Assembly (NCBI GenBank): GCA_001661245.1
Contig: KV454014.1
Span: forward strand, 1,022,892 to 1,086,891
Origin: Pachysolen tannophilus NRRL Y-2460
Taxonomy: Eukaryota
DNA length: 64,000 nt
Reading direction: 5' to 3'
The notes below the pieces were generated by a model that was not told where the DNA came from, searched no databases, and saw only the letters and a list, made by a program, of their open reading frames with translations. This document shows positions 9,690 to 22,109 of this stretch, in pieces; position 1 is the first letter of the stretch; every line of letters starts with the position of its first letter. Made by a program: the position numbers and the translations under genes.

Positions 9690-12600
9690 ATGATAAGAAA
9701 ATCAAAATACAAGAAAGTTCTGAATCCAACGTTTAAGCCTAGCCGTTGTTCGCCACTTTCATCTTCTTCTAATACAGATGACTATTTTGAGGAAAAATTG
9801 TCATCCTTGCCTTTAGAGCAGATGCCCTCAGTAGCAGATAGTGGTAATGACGATAGTGAAAAAAAGATGATGAGGCTTGATAAGGCTAGTTCCCTATCGA
9901 AAGCAACAACAAGCCATTCGGCTTCAAATATGACTTCTGATATGAAGAGTAGTTATTCAGAAAGTTTTGGCCGAGGAAACCACGAAGCTACGAGTGGTGA
10001 TAGTAGCCACGGGAATAAAGGTATTCCTGAATTGAAAGATACTGATGACAACGACAATGACGATGACAATGACGATAACGATAAAAGTACAAGTACTCAA
10101 AAGCGGCTAAAGCTTTCGTACTTTGGATCATTTTCATCACATATCCCTCCAGAATTGTTGGATAGGTTACAAACTTTTTCTCTTTTCAAAAATGCACCTC
10201 CTGTATTTCTTAAATTGATTGCTAAAAGGTTGAAATTGATTCAGTTTCACCCGCAGGAATATATATTGAGAGAAGGAGAGCCTTCCAAATCAATGTACTG
10301 GATATTAAGAGGTACAGTAGGTGTTACCTCGGCAGATGGTGAAGCTACTTCTGCTGAGCTTGGGCCTGAAAGCTTTTTTGGTGAAATCGGAATAATGTTT
10401 AATAGACCAAGGACAGCAACTGTAGTTGCAAGAACAAGAGTATTATTAGGAGTATTAACAGCAGATGCTTTAAATGAAGTATTACCAGATTTCCCGTTGA
10501 TTGAAAGATTAATAAGGGACGAAGCACAAGAAAGATTAGCGATGCTAGAGAAGAAGAAAAGGCTGGGGTTGGCGTCTTTATCGAGTTTAAACAGGAATAA
10601 TAGTTCCGGTAAATTTTCATCTAATTTGTCCGCAGTAAATGCGTCCTTAGCAGCAAACACAGTCACTTCTTTTCCAGGTCCTGGATTACCTCCAATACAG
10701 CACGATAATTCTCGTGAGCAAAGACACGCAGATAATGCTACATCATCATCTTCTCCTTCTTCTTCTTCTTCTTCTTTGGGGTCACCGGTGACGCTAAATC
10801 TGCCGACTAATTTTAATACCAGTGTACAGACGGTTTGTTCAATGACAACCGATGTTGATGGATTGATTCCTGCAAGAGATTTTTTAAAAAGTTTACCGAT
10901 TTTTAAGTCATTACCATCTTCAATAATACATGAATTAGCATTAGACGTTGAATTAAAAAAATTTAATGCTTTTGAATATATCTTCAAGAAGGGCGACACA
11001 GGAAGGGATATTTTCTTTATCGTTGATGGAGAAGTTGAAGTTGTTGATCCAGCTTTAGATGTGCCATCTATTCTTGCTAGGTTGGGACCAGGGAAATATT
11101 TTGGAGAAATGGCTTTTCTTATATCTCTAAATGAAAACAATAGTTTGGAAACTCCTCATAATTCCCAGAGATCTGCAGATATTAGAACGGTGGCTGATAC
11201 TGTTCTATTAGTGGTCACTGGAGACAAGTTGGCAAATATTTGTGAAAAAAATCCTTTAATTTTTAACGAAATCAAAAAAACCGCAGGTGAAAGGAATCAA
11301 CATAATGATTTTTGTATTGCTGATAAAAATTCAACTGTTCTTAGCCATCCAAAATTATTGAAGAGAATTCCGGTTAAACTGTTGGTTGACGAAGAAGATA
11401 GTAGTGAAAAATCCTTTCCATTTAACAATATATGTTGGAATAAGATAAGCTCAGAGGAAGGGACTACTGAAATGGATCCCATAGAATATTCTCAACATAC
11501 TCCAATCAATCACCTGCAAAAAGTGGAGTCAGTGTCACCTGTGTCCGAATGCCACTATACACAGTCTATATTTTCAAGTTCAGGTTCTTCAACATCTAAT
11601 ACGTCTATTCAATCGAGTAATGGGAATGATAAGAAAAGAAAATCACACTCGCAGTTGCCATTAATTAAAGGTCAGGCACATAAAATTGAGAATTCGCATT
11701 TAGACTTGAATGTTCCTCCAGTAAACCCAACTCCTCCTCCAATAAACTCGATTTCAGTTGGTAGGTTTCAACGTCAACCTTTTCATTATATGCCAATCGC
11801 CAAGAGATTGAGGTTAACTAATAGCAATCATTCTAGGAGACGGTCATCTGTTTTGACCGCGGGTCCATTAACCGATAGGATTATGCTAATAGTTTTCTCT
11901 TATTTGGATTTGAAAACCTTGATGAAAGTAAGGAGAGTTTGTTCTAGATGGGCACATTTATTACTGGCTTCTCCCGATCTTGTTAGGAATTTAGACCTAA
12001 CTCTTTGGAATACTGCTATAACTGACAATGTGTTACTCCACATTACAGATTTTGTAGGTGATAGGCCACAACACATTGACATTTCTAATTGCTTCCATAT
12101 CACAGATGTAGGTTTTAGTTATATGGTCAATGAAATTGGTATTAGAGGGAATCTCAAGAGTTTAAAGATGAAATCAGCTTGGAAAATTAGTTCGATGGCA
12201 ATCATGGATTTATCGTTTCCCAGTGTAGGACAGCATTTAGAGGAAATCAATTTAACCAACTGTCGTAATGTTAACGATGATGTATTTGAAAGATTAATCG
12301 GGTGCCCTTGTGATACTGATCATCAAAAACAGTTGCATTATAAAGGGCCTAGTCGATTCCCATCTTTGAAACCCGATAATATTTACGATGATTATTTTAA
12401 TTCTCATAATATTGGATGTGCAAATTTGAAAAAAATGGATTTATCATATTGTAAACATATGACAGATAAATCTATGGCTATATTGGCAGGCAGAGCATCT
12501 GATAGAATTGAAGAATTAATTTTGACTAGATGCACCACTATAACAGATAATGGATTCCATTACTGGTCTTTGCACCAATTCCCCAAATTAAGAAAATTGG

Positions 12601-13052
12601 TTTTAAAAGATTGTACATTTTTATCAGATAATTCAATCATATCGATAGCAACCTCAGCTCCAAATCTAACTTATTTGGATATATCTTTTTGTTGTGCTTT
12701 AACTGATTCAGCCATTGATTTCCTTTGTTTCTGTTGTAAAGATTTAAGATATTTAAATATTAGTTTCTGTGGTGGAGCAGTTAGTGATATTTCATTAATT
12801 TCTATTTCTAGATTACAGTATTTAGAAATTTTGATAATTAGGAGTTGCCTTAGAGTGACTAGAGAAGGTATTGATAGATTATTAGCAGGTAGCGGAGAAT
12901 CATTGAAATTAATTGATTTGGCACAATGCAAGAATGCCCACCACTACCCATTTGGTGGTGGTCCTGCAGAGAAATGGTGTCCAAGGTCAGGAAGTAGATC
13001 CGCATTTATTAAAATTGAACCTTTTGATAGGGTAATTGAGATTATATTGTAA
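9690..13052 (+). CDS. Protein with two cyclic-nucleotide-binding domains, an F-box and leucine-rich repeats
   Basis: cNMP motifs FFGEIGIMFNRPRTATV and YFGEMAF...RSADIR; F-box LTDRIMLIVFSYLD...RRVCSRW; Cys-containing LRRs (LSYCKHMTD, LTRCTTITD, LKDCTFLSD). First ATG is 9690; the true start may be further downstream. Confidence 0.85.
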   Translation: MIRKSKYKKVLNPTFKPSRCSPLSSSSNTDDYFEEKLSSLPLEQMPSVADSGNDDSEKKMMRLDKASSLSKATTSHSASNMTSDMKSSYSESFGRGNHEATSGDSSHGNKGIPELKDTDDNDNDDDNDDNDKSTSTQKRLKLSYFGSFSSHIPPELLDRLQTFSLFKNAPPVFLKLIAKRLKLIQFHPQEYILREGEPSKSMYWILRGTVGVTSADGEATSAELGPESFFGEIGIMFNRPRTATVVARTRVLLGVLTADALNEVLPDFPLIERLIRDEAQERLAMLEKKKRLGLASLSSLNRNNSSGKFSSNLSAVNASLAANTVTSFPGPGLPPIQHDNSREQRHADNATSSSSPSSSSSSLGSPVTLNLPTNFNTSVQTVCSMTTDVDGLIPARDFLKSLPIFKSLPSSIIHELALDVELKKFNAFEYIFKKGDTGRDIFFIVDGEVEVVDPALDVPSILARLGPGKYFGEMAFLISLNENNSLETPHNSQRSADIRTVADTVLLVVTGDKLANICEKNPLIFNEIKKTAGERNQHNDFCIADKNSTVLSHPKLLKRIPVKLLVDEEDSSEKSFPFNNICWNKISSEEGTTEMDPIEYSQHTPINHLQKVESVSPVSECHYTQSIFSSSGSSTSNTSIQSSNGNDKKRKSHSQLPLIKGQAHKIENSHLDLNVPPVNPTPPPINSISVGRFQRQPFHYMPIAKRLRLTNSNHSRRRSSVLTAGPLTDRIMLIVFSYLDLKTLMKVRRVCSRWAHLLLASPDLVRNLDLTLWNTAITDNVLLHITDFVGDRPQHIDISNCFHITDVGFSYMVNEIGIRGNLKSLKMKSAWKISSMAIMDLSFPSVGQHLEEINLTNCRNVNDDVFERLIGCPCDTDHQKQLHYKGPSRFPSLKPDNIYDDYFNSHNIGCANLKKMDLSYCKHMTDKSMAILAGRASDRIEELILTRCTTITDNGFHYWSLHQFPKLRKLVLKDCTFLSDNSIISIATSAPNLTYLDISFCCALTDSAIDFLCFCCKDLRYLNISFCGGAVSDISLISISRLQYLEILIIRSCLRVTREGIDRLLAGSGESLKLIDLAQCKNAHHYPFGGGPAEKWCPRSGSRSAFIKIEPFDRVIEIIL

Positions 13053-13410
13053 TATATATTTTGTTTGGTGAATTTTAGATGGAATTGACTATGAATGAAA
13101 TTTCAGTTTGTATCTTTATTATGAGACTTATGAATTCGTCTTCCTTTTTTTTCTTTTTTTTTTTATATAGTTTTCTGCTTTTAATTTAATGATATATGAT
13201 GATTACAATTACATTACTACTATTTTTCGAAATGATAATTTATTGAAAGGTTATCGATTGTATTACTGAAGTGATGATGGGCTACAAATAATTTTTTTTT
13301 TAAAAAATAAAATAAAAAAGAGAAAGATGAAAAAAAAAAATAAAGAAATAAAGAAAGAAAGAGAAAAAGAGAATTAAAAAGAGCTAAAGAAAATAGTTTG
13401 TTTCAAGATT

Positions 13411-14448
13411 TTAATAAACACTTATATAGTTATTGATCCTATCTTTTTGGTTTTGTGCAATACATTCAGCAATCCAAGTAATGTTTCTTATTTCTTGTTC
13501 TTTTGATTTAATCCAAGCCCAAATTGTACTAATTGTAAACTGTTGAGTAAAAGCATTTTTACACAATTCCATTTCCAATTGATAAAAATGGTCTTCTAAA
13601 GTTTTACCATTACTATTATCAAAGAAATTTTTATATTCACCAATTGATTCAACAACTTGTTTAATACTTTCAATATCTTCTGTTTGTGATAATTGAGTAT
13701 GACCAAATGGATATAATTTACCAAAATTTGGAAATAATTTCAATTTATCATCAGGTGTTATTTCTGTATCAAAAGAATTTAAAGCAATATTTATTGATCT
13801 TCTATCAGCTTCAAAAATTAATAATCTTAACATTATTTCATTTGAAGGAATTGGAAGTTTTTCTTGACAAAATTTATAAAAATCTTCCAAATATGCTTTA
13901 TATAAAGTATTTCTAATAATTTCTATATTTAAATCATCTAAATCATCTGCACTAAGACAATTTTTAAAATATGGTGCTAATGGTGTATCAATTAATACTG
14001 TTGAATATAAAGAATCAATATCTGTAGCAACACTTAATGCAGGTAAAGTATCAAACCAACCCAATGGATGACATCTTTCCAAAATTTCAGATCTATCTCT
14101 TTCATGAATTGTACCTGTAATCATTAAAGCAACATTATCAATCATATATCCATATGAAATAAAATCCATAAATTTAGTTAATAAATCCGTTGATTGAGAT
14201 TTTATATAATTAAATTCACCATATAATTTATCAGATGATTTCTCTTGAATAACAGATGTAGATAATGGCGATGGAACATTAGATAAAAAATTCCCATAAT
14301 CTGTAGATGATAATTGTAATTTTAAATCATCAAGATTATCACATTGTACAAGATTAAGATATTGTGATTGAGTTAATAACCCATTCTTATAACCACGAAC
14401 CAATCCTTCAATATATCCATTATCAATATTGAAAAATAATCCCTCCAT
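13411..14448 (-). CDS. VMA6: V-ATPase V0 subunit d
   Basis: MEGLFFNIDNGYIEGLVRGY ... EQEIRNITWIAECIAQNQ. Confidence 0.97.
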   Translation of the reverse strand: MEGLFFNIDNGYIEGLVRGYKNGLLTQSQYLNLVQCDNLDDLKLQLSSTDYGNFLSNVPSPLSTSVIQEKSSDKLYGEFNYIKSQSTDLLTKFMDFISYGYMIDNVALMITGTIHERDRSEILERCHPLGWFDTLPALSVATDIDSLYSTVLIDTPLAPYFKNCLSADDLDDLNIEIIRNTLYKAYLEDFYKFCQEKLPIPSNEIMLRLLIFEADRRSINIALNSFDTEITPDDKLKLFPNFGKLYPFGHTQLSQTEDIESIKQVVESIGEYKNFFDNSNGKTLEDHFYQLEMELCKNAFTQQFTISTIWAWIKSKEQEIRNITWIAECIAQNQKDRINNYISVY

Positions 14449-14761
14449 GACTCCTAATACTTCACTTTCTTTTAAATGAAAATTATCTTAAATTTCGCCT
14501 ACCACTGTCTACCACTGTCTACCACCGTGTTATCATTTAATCTTTATAAACCAAAAACTTCAATTTAAAATTTCGGCCTTTTAATTTAACAAAAAAAAAA
14601 AAAATTACTTCCATATGAATTAATAAAAAGCACGACCAGATTTTTTTACTTTATTTATTTTATTCTAATAACGAACAACAAGTCAATTTGAATATAAACA
14701 ATTAGTGGAATTTTTGAGTTCATTTATAGGAGTGAGGTAGAAGTTTGGTTTTAAGGTAGAT

Positions 14762-16258
14762 ATGGTGTCAAGTTCTGATGATTCGATTCATCAATTGTTG
14801 GAATTTAAAGATGGAAACTCGGAAGATAATTTATCTTGTTTGCAATTGTTGTTGGATCAACTTTTAGATGAAGAAATTAATGATATATTAAATGATGGTA
14901 AAGATTTAAAATATAGGGAAGTTGCGCTAGAATATTTGAATGAGTTATGTAATGGAGAGAATAGTGATTTTTTAACTAATGCAGGATCAATTACTATGGA
15001 ATTAGCTGAATTAGAAAATAAAGAAACAATTGCAATGAATAATTTACGTAAAAAATGTGTTTCAAATGTTGATTTAATTTTAAGTTTGAATAATAGTATT
15101 GAAAATAATGTTTTACAAAAATATTGGAAAGATTTTAATTCAGGAGTGGCTCAATTGCATGGAAAGTTTTGGACTGGAACTACAACTGGTGGTACGAGTA
15201 GTGGTATAAATGGTGGTATGCCTGGATTTTTAGCTGCTACATCTAATTCAGAGTTGGCGCAAAGTCATAATAGTACAAGTAGGACAAGTAGGAATGGCAG
15301 TATAAGTGCTGGTGCTAGTAGTGCTGTAGTTGGAGATGATGAGTTTAATAATTTCAAGTCAATAGCGAAAAATATTTCCAATCTTTTACCCTTATCTGAT
15401 GGTGTTAGTAATGGTAATAATAATGGTAGTAACATGTCATTATCTGTACTTTTAAAGAATATGGATAGTATTATGGATATTTTGGAATTACCATCTCTTA
15501 CATCTGCTTGTGTTAAACTGGGACATTATTCTGAAAGTCTTGAAATTGCTGCACATTCAAGAAGATTATCAATTAGATATTCTGATATTAAATTAATAAC
15601 TAAAATTGAACAAGATATTAATCTGGAGATTAGTAGTATGATTGTTGGACTTATAAGATTATTAAAAACAGATTTAAAACAATCTTCAATTTTAAAAATC
15701 ATGTCATATTTAAAAAGAATTAATCCTTTCCATAATGAAAGTAATGATAATAATAATGATAAAGAATTAAAATTAATTTTTTTACAAAGTAGATTTTTTT
15801 ACATAATGAATGAATTAAATGTTTTAAAACCATTAAAACAATCAAATTCAATCGAAAAATATTTAAAAAGGTGTATTGAAGTTATAAGAGAATATGGGTT
15901 TTCAACAATAATTACTTATGAAAATATTTTTACAATAAATAATGAAAATCTGTTAATAATAGGTTCAACAGATTTTAAAAATTTTTTAAAAATTTTTATA
16001 ACATCAATTATAAATGAATTAATTAAAATTTTAAAAGAAAATTTACCAATATTAGATAAAGATAAAGAAAAAGAAAAAGAAAAAGATAATTCTATAAAGG
16101 AAAATTTATTATTACAATTATTATATTGTTGTAATTCATTAAGTAGAGTTGGATTTGATTTTAGTGTTCTCATATTAGAAAATCTCTTGGATAATAATAT
16201 TATAACAAAATCAGAATGGTTAAATGTTAATTATAAGAAAAAAAGTCTAAATTTTTAA
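14762..16258 (+). CDS. COG8: Conserved oligomeric Golgi complex subunit 8 (Dor1 family)
   Basis: Dor1 core MDSIMDILELPSL..C...GHYSE; adjacent to TCB3 as in S. cerevisiae. Confidence 0.85.
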   Translation: MVSSSDDSIHQLLEFKDGNSEDNLSCLQLLLDQLLDEEINDILNDGKDLKYREVALEYLNELCNGENSDFLTNAGSITMELAELENKETIAMNNLRKKCVSNVDLILSLNNSIENNVLQKYWKDFNSGVAQLHGKFWTGTTTGGTSSGINGGMPGFLAATSNSELAQSHNSTSRTSRNGSISAGASSAVVGDDEFNNFKSIAKNISNLLPLSDGVSNGNNNGSNMSLSVLLKNMDSIMDILELPSLTSACVKLGHYSESLEIAAHSRRLSIRYSDIKLITKIEQDINLEISSMIVGLIRLLKTDLKQSSILKIMSYLKRINPFHNESNDNNNDKELKLIFLQSRFFYIMNELNVLKPLKQSNSIEKYLKRCIEVIREYGFSTIITYENIFTINNENLLIIGSTDFKNFLKIFITSIINELIKILKENLPILDKDKEKEKEKDNSIKENLLLQLLYCCNSLSRVGFDFSVLILENLLDNNIITKSEWLNVNYKKKSLNF

Positions 16259-16915
16259 AAAAATTATATATAGTTTGCTATAAAACGCATATTTAGAAAC
16301 ATTCCATGTACGAATGCATAATATTACAATTAACGATTAATTTTTTTATAAGAAATCCTTCTTCTCATCTTAATTCATATTTACTCTCTTAAATCAGTTT
16401 AAATTCAACTTATATTATATATAAGCTTCAAAACTTTCTTCTCAGCATCCGGGTAAATATAGTAATAACTTAATAACTTAATAACTTGATAATTTATAAC
16501 TAGTTGATGTACCTCTGACGATATATTGCATTTTAGTACAGTTCCTAAATTGTAAAAAAAGCAAAGAAGGTTAAAATCAGTAATGTACCTTTTCATATAT
16601 TGCTATTACTTTTATTAATTTTATATAATTAATATATTATTAGTATTAGGGAAATTTTTTTCAGAAATTAAGAAAATTAACATTGATTTCTTTGCTACTG
16701 ATTCTTTTAATTAATTGACTCTTCTTTCTTTTTATTTTATTTTATTTTATTTTTTTTTCTTTTTGCTTTTTTGGCTTTTTCTTTGCTTTTTGTTGATTTT
16801 AATTTTAATTTTAATTTTAATTGTTTTATTAAATCATTTTAAAGTGAATTTTTTTTTTTTTTTTCGTCTTTGGTTTTTTTCTTTCTTTCTGGTACCCCCC
16901 GCTGAGTTATAAACT

Positions 16916-19900
16916 ATGAAGAAAGTACTGAGTAGAGTGCTGACTAGAGTATGTATTGAATATTGATTTATCATTTATATGTGTATATGCTAACTGTTGT
17001 CTTTTTCTTTTTTTTTTTTCTTTGTTGTTGTTGTTGTAATTAGAATTTTTCCAATTCCAATTCAATTAATAGTTTTGATCGGGGATCAGGATCGGATTTG
17101 GGGCTTAAGCGCCATGGCACAGGTAATACAGCCACAAATGATACTTCTGCAACTTCCAAAAGTTCCATAAATAATGGCAGTAGCATTGCCAATGGTAATT
17201 CCAATGGCAATAGCATCGCCAATGGCAATAGTATTGCTAATGGCAGTGCCAATGGTGGGATGAGAAAGAAAACTTCAACACAGGTTTCTTATAAGCAATT
17301 AAGTTTAGAAGATAAAAAACAATTGGTTGAATCTTTTCCTTGGAAAAAAATTGGTGGATTCACAGAAATTGATCCAAATGCGCCTTTACTAGCAAAACCA
17401 AAAAATGTGGGTAAAAAGGATACTTCTGATGATGTTGATTTTGAAAGCAAGTCAAAGGCAGTTGAAAGCTTTGTTGTGGATAAATTATATTCTGATTTAT
17501 ACTGGAATACCACAATAATGGTTGGTACATGTTTCTTTGCATGGTTATTTGGCCGTATCGGCTGTGGTATATTTGGGTTGATGTTTGTTTTCCTTTGTAC
17601 AGCATCGGTTTATCGTGCTGAATTTAGAAGGTTTAATAGAAATTTAAGAGATGATATGGCAAGAGTAGCTGCTGCTGATAGATTGGATCATCATGTGGAA
17701 ACAATGAATTGGATGAATTCATTTTTGGCAAAGTTTTGGGTCATTTATATGCCTGCATTATCGGAAATGGTTATGCTACAGGCCAATCAGGTATTGGCTG
17801 GTGCTGCACCAGGTTTTGGTATAGATGCATTGACTTTAGATCAATTCAATCTAGGTACTAAATCTCCTACAGTAGATTCTATTCGTTCTTTTACTAAAAA
17901 AGGAGCAGATATTGTGGAAATGGATTGGGCTTTTTCATTTGCACCAAATCAAACTGATAATATGACTAAAAATGAATTGAAAAAAAAAATTGATCCAAAA
18001 GTAGCATTAGGTGTTAGGGTTGGTAAAGGTTTTGTTTCAAAAAGATTACCAATATTGGTTGAAGATATGCAATTTATTGGAAGAATGAAAGTAACTTTAA
18101 AACTTTCATTGAAATTCCCACATATTAAAACAGTTAGTATTTCATTTTTAGAACCTCCTCAAATCCAATATGCTTTAAAACCAGTAGGTGGTGATACTTT
18201 AGGATTAGATGTGATGTCTTTAATCCCAGGTTTATCCTCATTTGTTAATTCTTTGATTCATTCAAATCTTGGTCCAATGTTGTATGCTCCAAATTCTTTA
18301 GATGTTGATGTTGAAGAAATTATGGCACAGCAATCAAACGATGCAATTGGATGCCTTGCTGTTACCTTGGTTGGTGCAGATGATTTGAAAGGATCAGATT
18401 CTATTGGTAATACATTAGATGCTTATGTTAAAGTAATTGCAGATAGCAAACCTGATGAAAAAATTATTACATCTGTTAAATCCAATACAAAACAACCAAG
18501 ATGGAATGAAACCAAATATATCTTGGTTAGTACTCTAGAACAACAATTGAGCTTAGAAATTTGGGATTTTAACGATTTTAGGCCAGATAAACTTGTTGGA
18601 TCCTGTTATTTTCAAATGCAAGATTTAATTCAAAAGGAAATTTATGATAACATTGATACTGAAGTAAAATTATCCGGTAGAGGAAAAGGTCATCTTAGGT
18701 ATGCCTTAAAATGGTTCCCTGTATTGGAAGGTAGAACATTGGAAGATGGTTCAAAAGAATCACCACCAGAAACAGAAGTAGGTATATTAAAATTTACTCT
18801 TCATCAAGCTAAAGGTTTGGATGCTTCTTCTTCAATGGTTCATCAAATATCTCCATATGCAGAAATTTATATCAACAATGAGATGACTAAAAAATGTCGT
18901 GAATTGAAAAGGACTAATGAACCTTCTTGGGAAGAATCTTTGGAAACGTTGATTACTTCAAAATCTTCAACCAGAGTTAAAGTTCTTATAAGAAACCAAT
19001 CTTCTTTTTCTACTGGTAATGTTATAGCTCAACTTGATGTTGATTTAGAAAAGGTCTTGTTTCAAATTTTGGATGGTAATGATATCTTTAAGTTAGAACC
19101 AAGTGGTGTTGTCCGGTTATCCGCTCAATGGAAACCATTGGCTCTTACTGGTATTTCTAAAGCTCTTAACTATGTTCCAGCATTTGGTTCTGTTAGAGTC
19201 CATATTAGATCTGCAGTTGGTTTAACTAATTTACCAAATATTAGTAAAGTTGATCCATATGTAAGAGTCATGCTTAATGGAAGACAAAGATTCCAGACTT
19301 TGATTCATCCTTCAACTTATGAACCTATTTTTGAAGAAACCATTTATCTTCCTGTTTCAACTGAATCATCTCACATTTCATTAAACCTTATGGATGCAGA
19401 AAGTATGGCTAGGGATAGATTTTTAGGTTTGACTTCCATTGATGTTTCTCAGTTTCTGCGTAAAAACTCAGAAACTGGTAGATATGAATACTATGATGGT
19501 TCTCACAAAATTTTGAAAGCTCCTTTACTTGACGATAAGAGAAAGCCTTTAAAAGCTTATTTGTCGTACTCAGTTTCATTTTTACCAAATATGGCTATAT
19601 ACAGTCCAACTGAATTGGAGGAATTGGAGGAAAAGAAGAAACAAAAAGCTGAAAAAGAGAAGAAAGAACTTGAAGAACAAAAAGAATTGGAAAAATTATA
19701 TGAGAAAAATCCAAAGGAATATGAGTGGTACACTGATGAAGAAGAGGATTCTATTGATGAACAAAAACAGGTTGTTCCATTACAACAGTTGATACAATAC
19801 AGATCCGGTGTTTTGGGTATGCATTTATTGGATGGTTTCTTTGATAGGAGCAATGTTTTCGTTCAATTCTTGTATGATGAAATTGGTCAACCTGCTTTCA

Positions 19901-21396
19901 CTTCAGGTAAAAGTAATGGACAAAAGATTTCTTCGGTGGAAATTGAAGATGTTTTCATTCGTGATTTACCTAATTCTAATATGATTATTAGAGTTACCAA
20001 GAAATTTGCAGTTGAAAATGAAAATGACGTTTTATATGAAAGATCATTTAAAGTTTTAGATGTCTTACAAAGAGGTTACATTGAACCGTTAAAATTGGGT
20101 ATCAATGGTTCAAGTCATGTATTGATGAAATTTGAGTATTTGCCATCAATTATTGAATTACCTCCATCAGAGACAATGATGGATACAGGTAAACTTAAAT
20201 TGCAAATTTTGGATGCAGTTGGTTTACCGGCTGCTGATAGAAGTGGTAAATCCGATCCGTTTGCTGTTATTTTATTGAATGGAGAAGAAATTTATAAGAC
20301 CGACAAGATTAAAAAGACTTTAGACCCTGTTTGGAATGAAGTAGTTGAATTCCCTCTACCTTCAAGGTCGAGATCTAAAGTATCATTTAAAGTGTATGAT
20401 TGGGATGTTGCTGGATCCAATGATTTATTAGGTGTTGGAGACTTGGTGTTGGCTAACATTGAACCTGAAAAGGAAAGAGAGTTTAAAGTTACTTTAGATA
20501 CTCAAGGTTCTATTCGCTTTATTGCATATTTTGTTCCTCAATATATAAGGCCACCTATACAGAAATTTGGAAACACTATAGGTTTGAATACTGTGACGGG
20601 AGCCCCATTGAAAGTTGTTGGAGGTGCTGCCGATGTCGTAACGGGAGTAGGTGGCGGAGTTGCTAAAGCTGGTGGTTCTATAGTCAAGGGTATTTTTGGT
20701 GGTAAACATAGAAGACTGCAAGAGCATGAAAATGTTGCAGATATTCAGTCTTTAAATAGTTCATCTGCAAGTGCCCAACAAGAACATTTACAACAACGTC
20801 CAAAAGAATCGGTGGAAGTGTTACCGCCACCTCCTAACATTGGGGACGAATTTTCATCAATGTCAACTATGAACAAAGCAGCAGCTGGTAACGCTGCTGG
20901 CTCGCGTATTTCTCAAATGGAAACCCAAAATTCTATTAATAATAGCACGAGTGCCAACACTCAAAATAGAAGAAATTCACAGCTGTTTTCTACTTCATCG
21001 ACGTTTGCTGGAAGTATCAACTCAGATGAAACGTACCCGGGACGTGTTACGTTACTTTCCGTTTCAGGTATTCCCGACATCAAGAACAGTATTCAAGTTA
21101 AAGTCCATTTACAATCACCTTCTCGTGATAAGGAAATATTCAAATCCAGGACTAGTAAAAATTCCAACCCAGAAGAAAGTTTTAAGTTGAATGAAAGTGT
21201 TGCATTTAAAGCAGCACCAAGTAGTATAATGAATTTCAAAATCAAAGAAACTCATGCTTTTGGTAAGAGCCGCGAGGTTGGAATCGCAACCGTTACATTG
21301 AGAGACTATTTAAATAAAAGAGAAGATGTTTCAATTCCTATTATTGGTACAGATGGAGAAATAACTGTAAACTTCAACTACATTCCAACAAATTAG
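16916..21396 (+). CDS. TCB3: Tricalbin (TM + SMP + multiple C2 domains); exon 1 16916-16948, exon 2 17044-21396
   Basis: SMP domain (ETMNWMNSFLAKFW), C2 domains (AADRSGKSDPF, KKTLDPVWNE). An 11-codon first exon splices in frame to the long ORF, which lacks an early ATG. Synteny with COG8/RPL6 favours TCB3. Confidence 0.85.
16949..17043 (+). other. Spliceosomal intron (95 nt) in the tricalbin gene
   Basis: GTATGT donor at 16949, TGCTAAC branch at 16988-16994, poly-T tract, TAG acceptor at 17041-17043; phase 0 and frame-preserving. Confidence 0.85.
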
Positions 21397-22109
21397 ATTG
21401 AAATGTTCTTCTATTTTTTTTTGGTTTTTTTTTTTTGTACTTTTAGACTTATTGTTTTAAACATCTTTATAGTTTCTCTTATTTTTACGCTCTTTTGAAT
21501 CTAGTTTATGCTTCGTCTCTATCTATCTATATCTACAGTAAAATGAATGTTACATTTGTATTGCGTTACTACATAAGTTTGCAAAATCAGTAGATGGTAG
21601 TGCATATTCTGCCCCAGGACAAATCAAAAAAAAAACAAAGGGGCAAAATAAAGGGCAAAATAAAGGCAAAGTAAAAAAAATGCAGAGCCGCACGTATTTC
21701 CAAAAGAGGAAACATTAGTGCACATACAAAACAAAAAAAATAAAACAGAAAAAAAAAGAAACCATTTTCGAGCGTGACTGCGTTTTTCTTATAAGCGTAT
21801 ATTTCCGCATGCTGTATGTGTAATTCCCGGAACGATATCTAATTAGGGTAAAAACACACACACATTTTTCCACTTATATTTCAACGAGGAAACAAAAGTG
21901 AAAAAAAAGAGAAAATTCTGGTCGTGTACAAACAAATAACTTTTTTTTGGTGTTTGATGCAAGCAAAAAAAAAAAAAAACTTCAATTTTCAACCATAACC
22001 AAGCTGAAAAAAAAAAGTGCTTTCATATATAGATTTATTTGATTATATATCATTCTATAAGGAATTTTTTCATTTTTGAATTTATATTTTTAAATCAACT
22101 AGTTTCAAA

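Noticed and set aside
10247..11140. 297-aa antisense ORF inside the cNMP/F-box gene, and many shorter antisense or alternate-frame ORFs elsewhere
   Set aside because: Shadow frames of real genes with no recognisable motifs
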